Assembly: GCA_902566515.1 (NCBI GenBank)
Contig: CACFIX010000006.1
Location: 1 to 56,778 of the forward strand
DNA: 56,778 nt
Direction: 5' to 3'
DNA from: an uncultured Candidatus Actinomarina sp.
GTDB taxonomy: Bacteria > Actinomycetota > Acidimicrobiia > Actinomarinales > Actinomarinaceae
The translations under genes and the position numbers were made by a program. Below are positions 54,769 through 56,778 of this stretch, piece after piece. The first letter of the stretch is position 1. Every line of letters starts with the position of its first letter. The notes below the pieces were generated by a model. The model searched no databases and had not been told where the DNA came from. It was given only the letters and a program-made list of their open reading frames with translations.

Positions 54769-55800
54769 CTAGGACTTTTCGAAAACTAACGGTTTTACTT
54801 CTTGCCCGATGAGGGTAAATGTCTTAAGAAGGTCATCATGAGACAGACCAGCATTGTCTATTTGAAAAGTAAAGCGTGAAATGCCTCCCAAAGCCTTACT
54901 ATGTCGTACTAATTTCTCAGCAACTTCTTCTGGACCTCCAATAACATAAGCTCCTAAGTCACCAATTTGTTGTTCAAATCTCTCCATAGTAACTGGTGGC
55001 CAGCCACGCTCTTTGCCAATTTGGTTAAACCATACTCTATAACCCGGATAATATTTTTCCACTGCTTCTTCTTTTGTGTTTGCCACAAAACCAAGTGAGT
55101 GAAGTCCTATTTTCAAGGAAGATTTTTCATGACCTGCCTCTTCAGCTGCTTTATAGTAAAGATCAACTAACGGCTTAAACCTATGTGTCTCACCTCCAAT
55201 TACAGCAATCATAAGAGGTAGGCCTAAGGAACCTGCTCGCACAAATGATGCGGGAGTTCCTCCAACACCTACCCATATTGGTAATTTTTTTTGAACAGGC
55301 CTCGGATAAACAATCTGATTTTCTAAAGATGGTCTAAATCTTCCAGACCAAGTAACTTGTTGTTCATCTCTAATTTTCAAAAGAAGATCAAGTTTCTCAG
55401 CATAGAGGTCATCATAATCATTAAAGTCAAGTCCAAATAAAGGAAAAGCCTCAGTAAAGGAGCCTCTACCTGCGACTATTTCTGCTCTGCCGTTAGAAAT
55501 CAAATCTAATGTTGAGTAATTTTGAAATAATCTTACTGGATCCATTGCACTAATTACTGCGACTGCACTAGTTAATCGAATACTATCTGTTTTTGATGCC
55601 GCAGCTGAGAGTATATTATGTGCTGCAGAGTCTAGAAACTCTTCTCTATGGTGTTCCCCAAGACCAAAAACATCAATCCCAACTTTATCGGCATGTACAA
55701 TTCGTTCAATGAGCTCCGACATGGCCTTTGCATCATCGTCAACAGTGCCACCTTCATTTGTTAAAGTCTTCTTAGCAAAGGAGTCTATTCCTATTTCCAT
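54769..55800 (-). CDS. LLM-class flavin-dependent oxidoreductase
   Basis: GEHHR, LTSAV, DPVR.FQ, SNGRAE..GRG, RAG.LG.P. Confidence 0.92.
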   Translation of the reverse strand: MEIGIDSFAKKTLTNEGGTVDDDAKAMSELIERIVHADKVGIDVFGLGEHHREEFLDSAAHNILSAAASKTDSIRLTSAVAVISAMDPVRLFQNYSTLDLISNGRAEIVAGRGSFTEAFPLFGLDFNDYDDLYAEKLDLLLKIRDEQQVTWSGRFRPSLENQIVYPRPVQKKLPIWVGVGGTPASFVRAGSLGLPLMIAVIGGETHRFKPLVDLYYKAAEEAGHEKSSLKIGLHSLGFVANTKEEAVEKYYPGYRVWFNQIGKERGWPPVTMERFEQQIGDLGAYVIGGPEEVAEKLVRHSKALGGISRFTFQIDNAGLSHDDLLKTFTLIGQEVKPLVFEKS

Positions 55801-55817
55801 TTGTGTAGTTGTAGGGT

Positions 55818-56778
55818 CTAAATATTCTTCAAAGTCTTAACAAGACTTTCGATAAGCATCTCAATATGGTCGATTTGTACGCTCTCATTTGGAGCATGAG
55901 CGTTTCCTAGTTCTTCATCAGCAGCCCCAATTAAGACAAGCTCTGCATTTGGAAACTCTCTGACGAAATCATTAGCAAAAGGAATTGATCCGCCTACTCC
56001 TATATATGCAGTTTCATTTTCCCAAGTAGAGTTAAAACTATTTACTAATTCTGTAGTGAAGGGTTTGTTTGGATCTGCCACAACTCCCGAACCTTTAGAG
56101 TTTGGAATAAACTTAACGGATGAATTCCATGGAATATTTTTCATTATGTGCTCCTCGAGCATCTTCATAGCATGATCTGGGTCTTCTGTTGGCGGAAGTC
56201 TTAAACTGACTTTTGCCCTAGCTTTTGGAATAACTAAGTTAACAGCTTCTTTTACTGGCGGGGCGTCGATTGCAAGTACATCCAACGCTGGCTCTAACCA
56301 GAGTCTCTTTGAAATACTTTCAGTGTCAAAAAGGGTAATATCATCTGAGCCAAGCATTTTTTTAAGAAAGGACTCCTCAAGTTCGGTAACTTTCATATCT
56401 GTAGAAGTTAAACCTTCTATCATAAGATTTCCTTTGTCATCATGAAACGAGGAAATGATTCTACTGAGTACCATAAAAGCATCTGGTACAACACCTCCTC
56501 CAACGCCTGAGTGAATTGGCCTCATTGGTTGATCAACTTCAATAATTCCATCAACTAAACCTCTAAGGGTTGTTGTAATAGTTGGTACTCCAATTTTTAC
56601 ATTTCCAGAATCAGCAATAATTATTACATCTGCCTCAAGCGCCTCTCTGTTTTGCTCTATGAATAAAGCCATTGTTGGAGACCCAATTTCTTCTTCACCT
56701 TCAATAAACACTTTTATGTTTACGGGTAGTTCATCAATTAATTGTTTTATGACGTTGTAATGTACCACTACTCCAGAT
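55818..56778 (-). CDS. M20 family dipeptidase, 5' end outside the window
   Basis: EGEEEIGS, RG, HSG, GGSIP, HAPNE. Confidence 0.92.
   Translation of the reverse strand, partial: SGVVVHYNVIKQLIDELPVNIKVFIEGEEEIGSPTMALFIEQNREALEADVIIIADSGNVKIGVPTITTTLRGLVDGIIEVDQPMRPIHSGVGGGVVPDAFMVLSRIISSFHDDKGNLMIEGLTSTDMKVTELEESFLKKMLGSDDITLFDTESISKRLWLEPALDVLAIDAPPVKEAVNLVIPKARAKVSLRLPPTEDPDHAMKMLEEHIMKNIPWNSSVKFIPNSKGSGVVADPNKPFTTELVNSFNSTWENETAYIGVGGSIPFANDFVREFPNAELVLIGAADEELGNAHAPNESVQIDHIEMLIESLVKTLKNI

Overview
AT-rich, very gene-dense bacterial chromosome segment. The rpsF-ssb-rpsR-rplI-dnaB order, the actinobacterial-type SSB C-terminus, an F420/PPOX-class protein and very short or overlapping spacers suggest a streamlined low-GC marine actinobacterium, Ca. 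Actinomarina-like (inference). Contents in order: a glucitol/sorbitol-family PTS cluster with a split, re-ordered srlE, ptsI and an IspD/TarI-type cytidylyltransferase (1-5.3 kb); ribosomal and replication genes, panB, msrA, queuosine/nucleoside salvage and assorted enzymes (5-27 kb); an accessory region (about 27-41 kb) with CGG lipoproteins, microproteins, a phage-like NrtR-controlled 8-gene operon, a structured RNA leader, and a methyltransferase flanked by two nuclease-like genes; lysA-nfo; and lipid and transport genes. The best novelty candidates are four. (1) A 7-gene operon at 50.2-54.6 kb built only from paralogs (three double ABM-barrel proteins and two pairs of membrane proteins), whose promoter shares TTWACA direct repeats and spacing with a second ABM-like operon at 28.7 kb. 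(2) Two tandem small RNA genes at 43.65-43.97 kb showing structural covariation and identical promoter architecture. (3) A riboswitch-like leader at 32.14-32.27 kb. (4) PafBC-type and NrtR operators wiring the island. No CRISPR array, tRNA, rRNA, integrase or transposase was seen. All family calls are from motif recognition by eye, not database searches.
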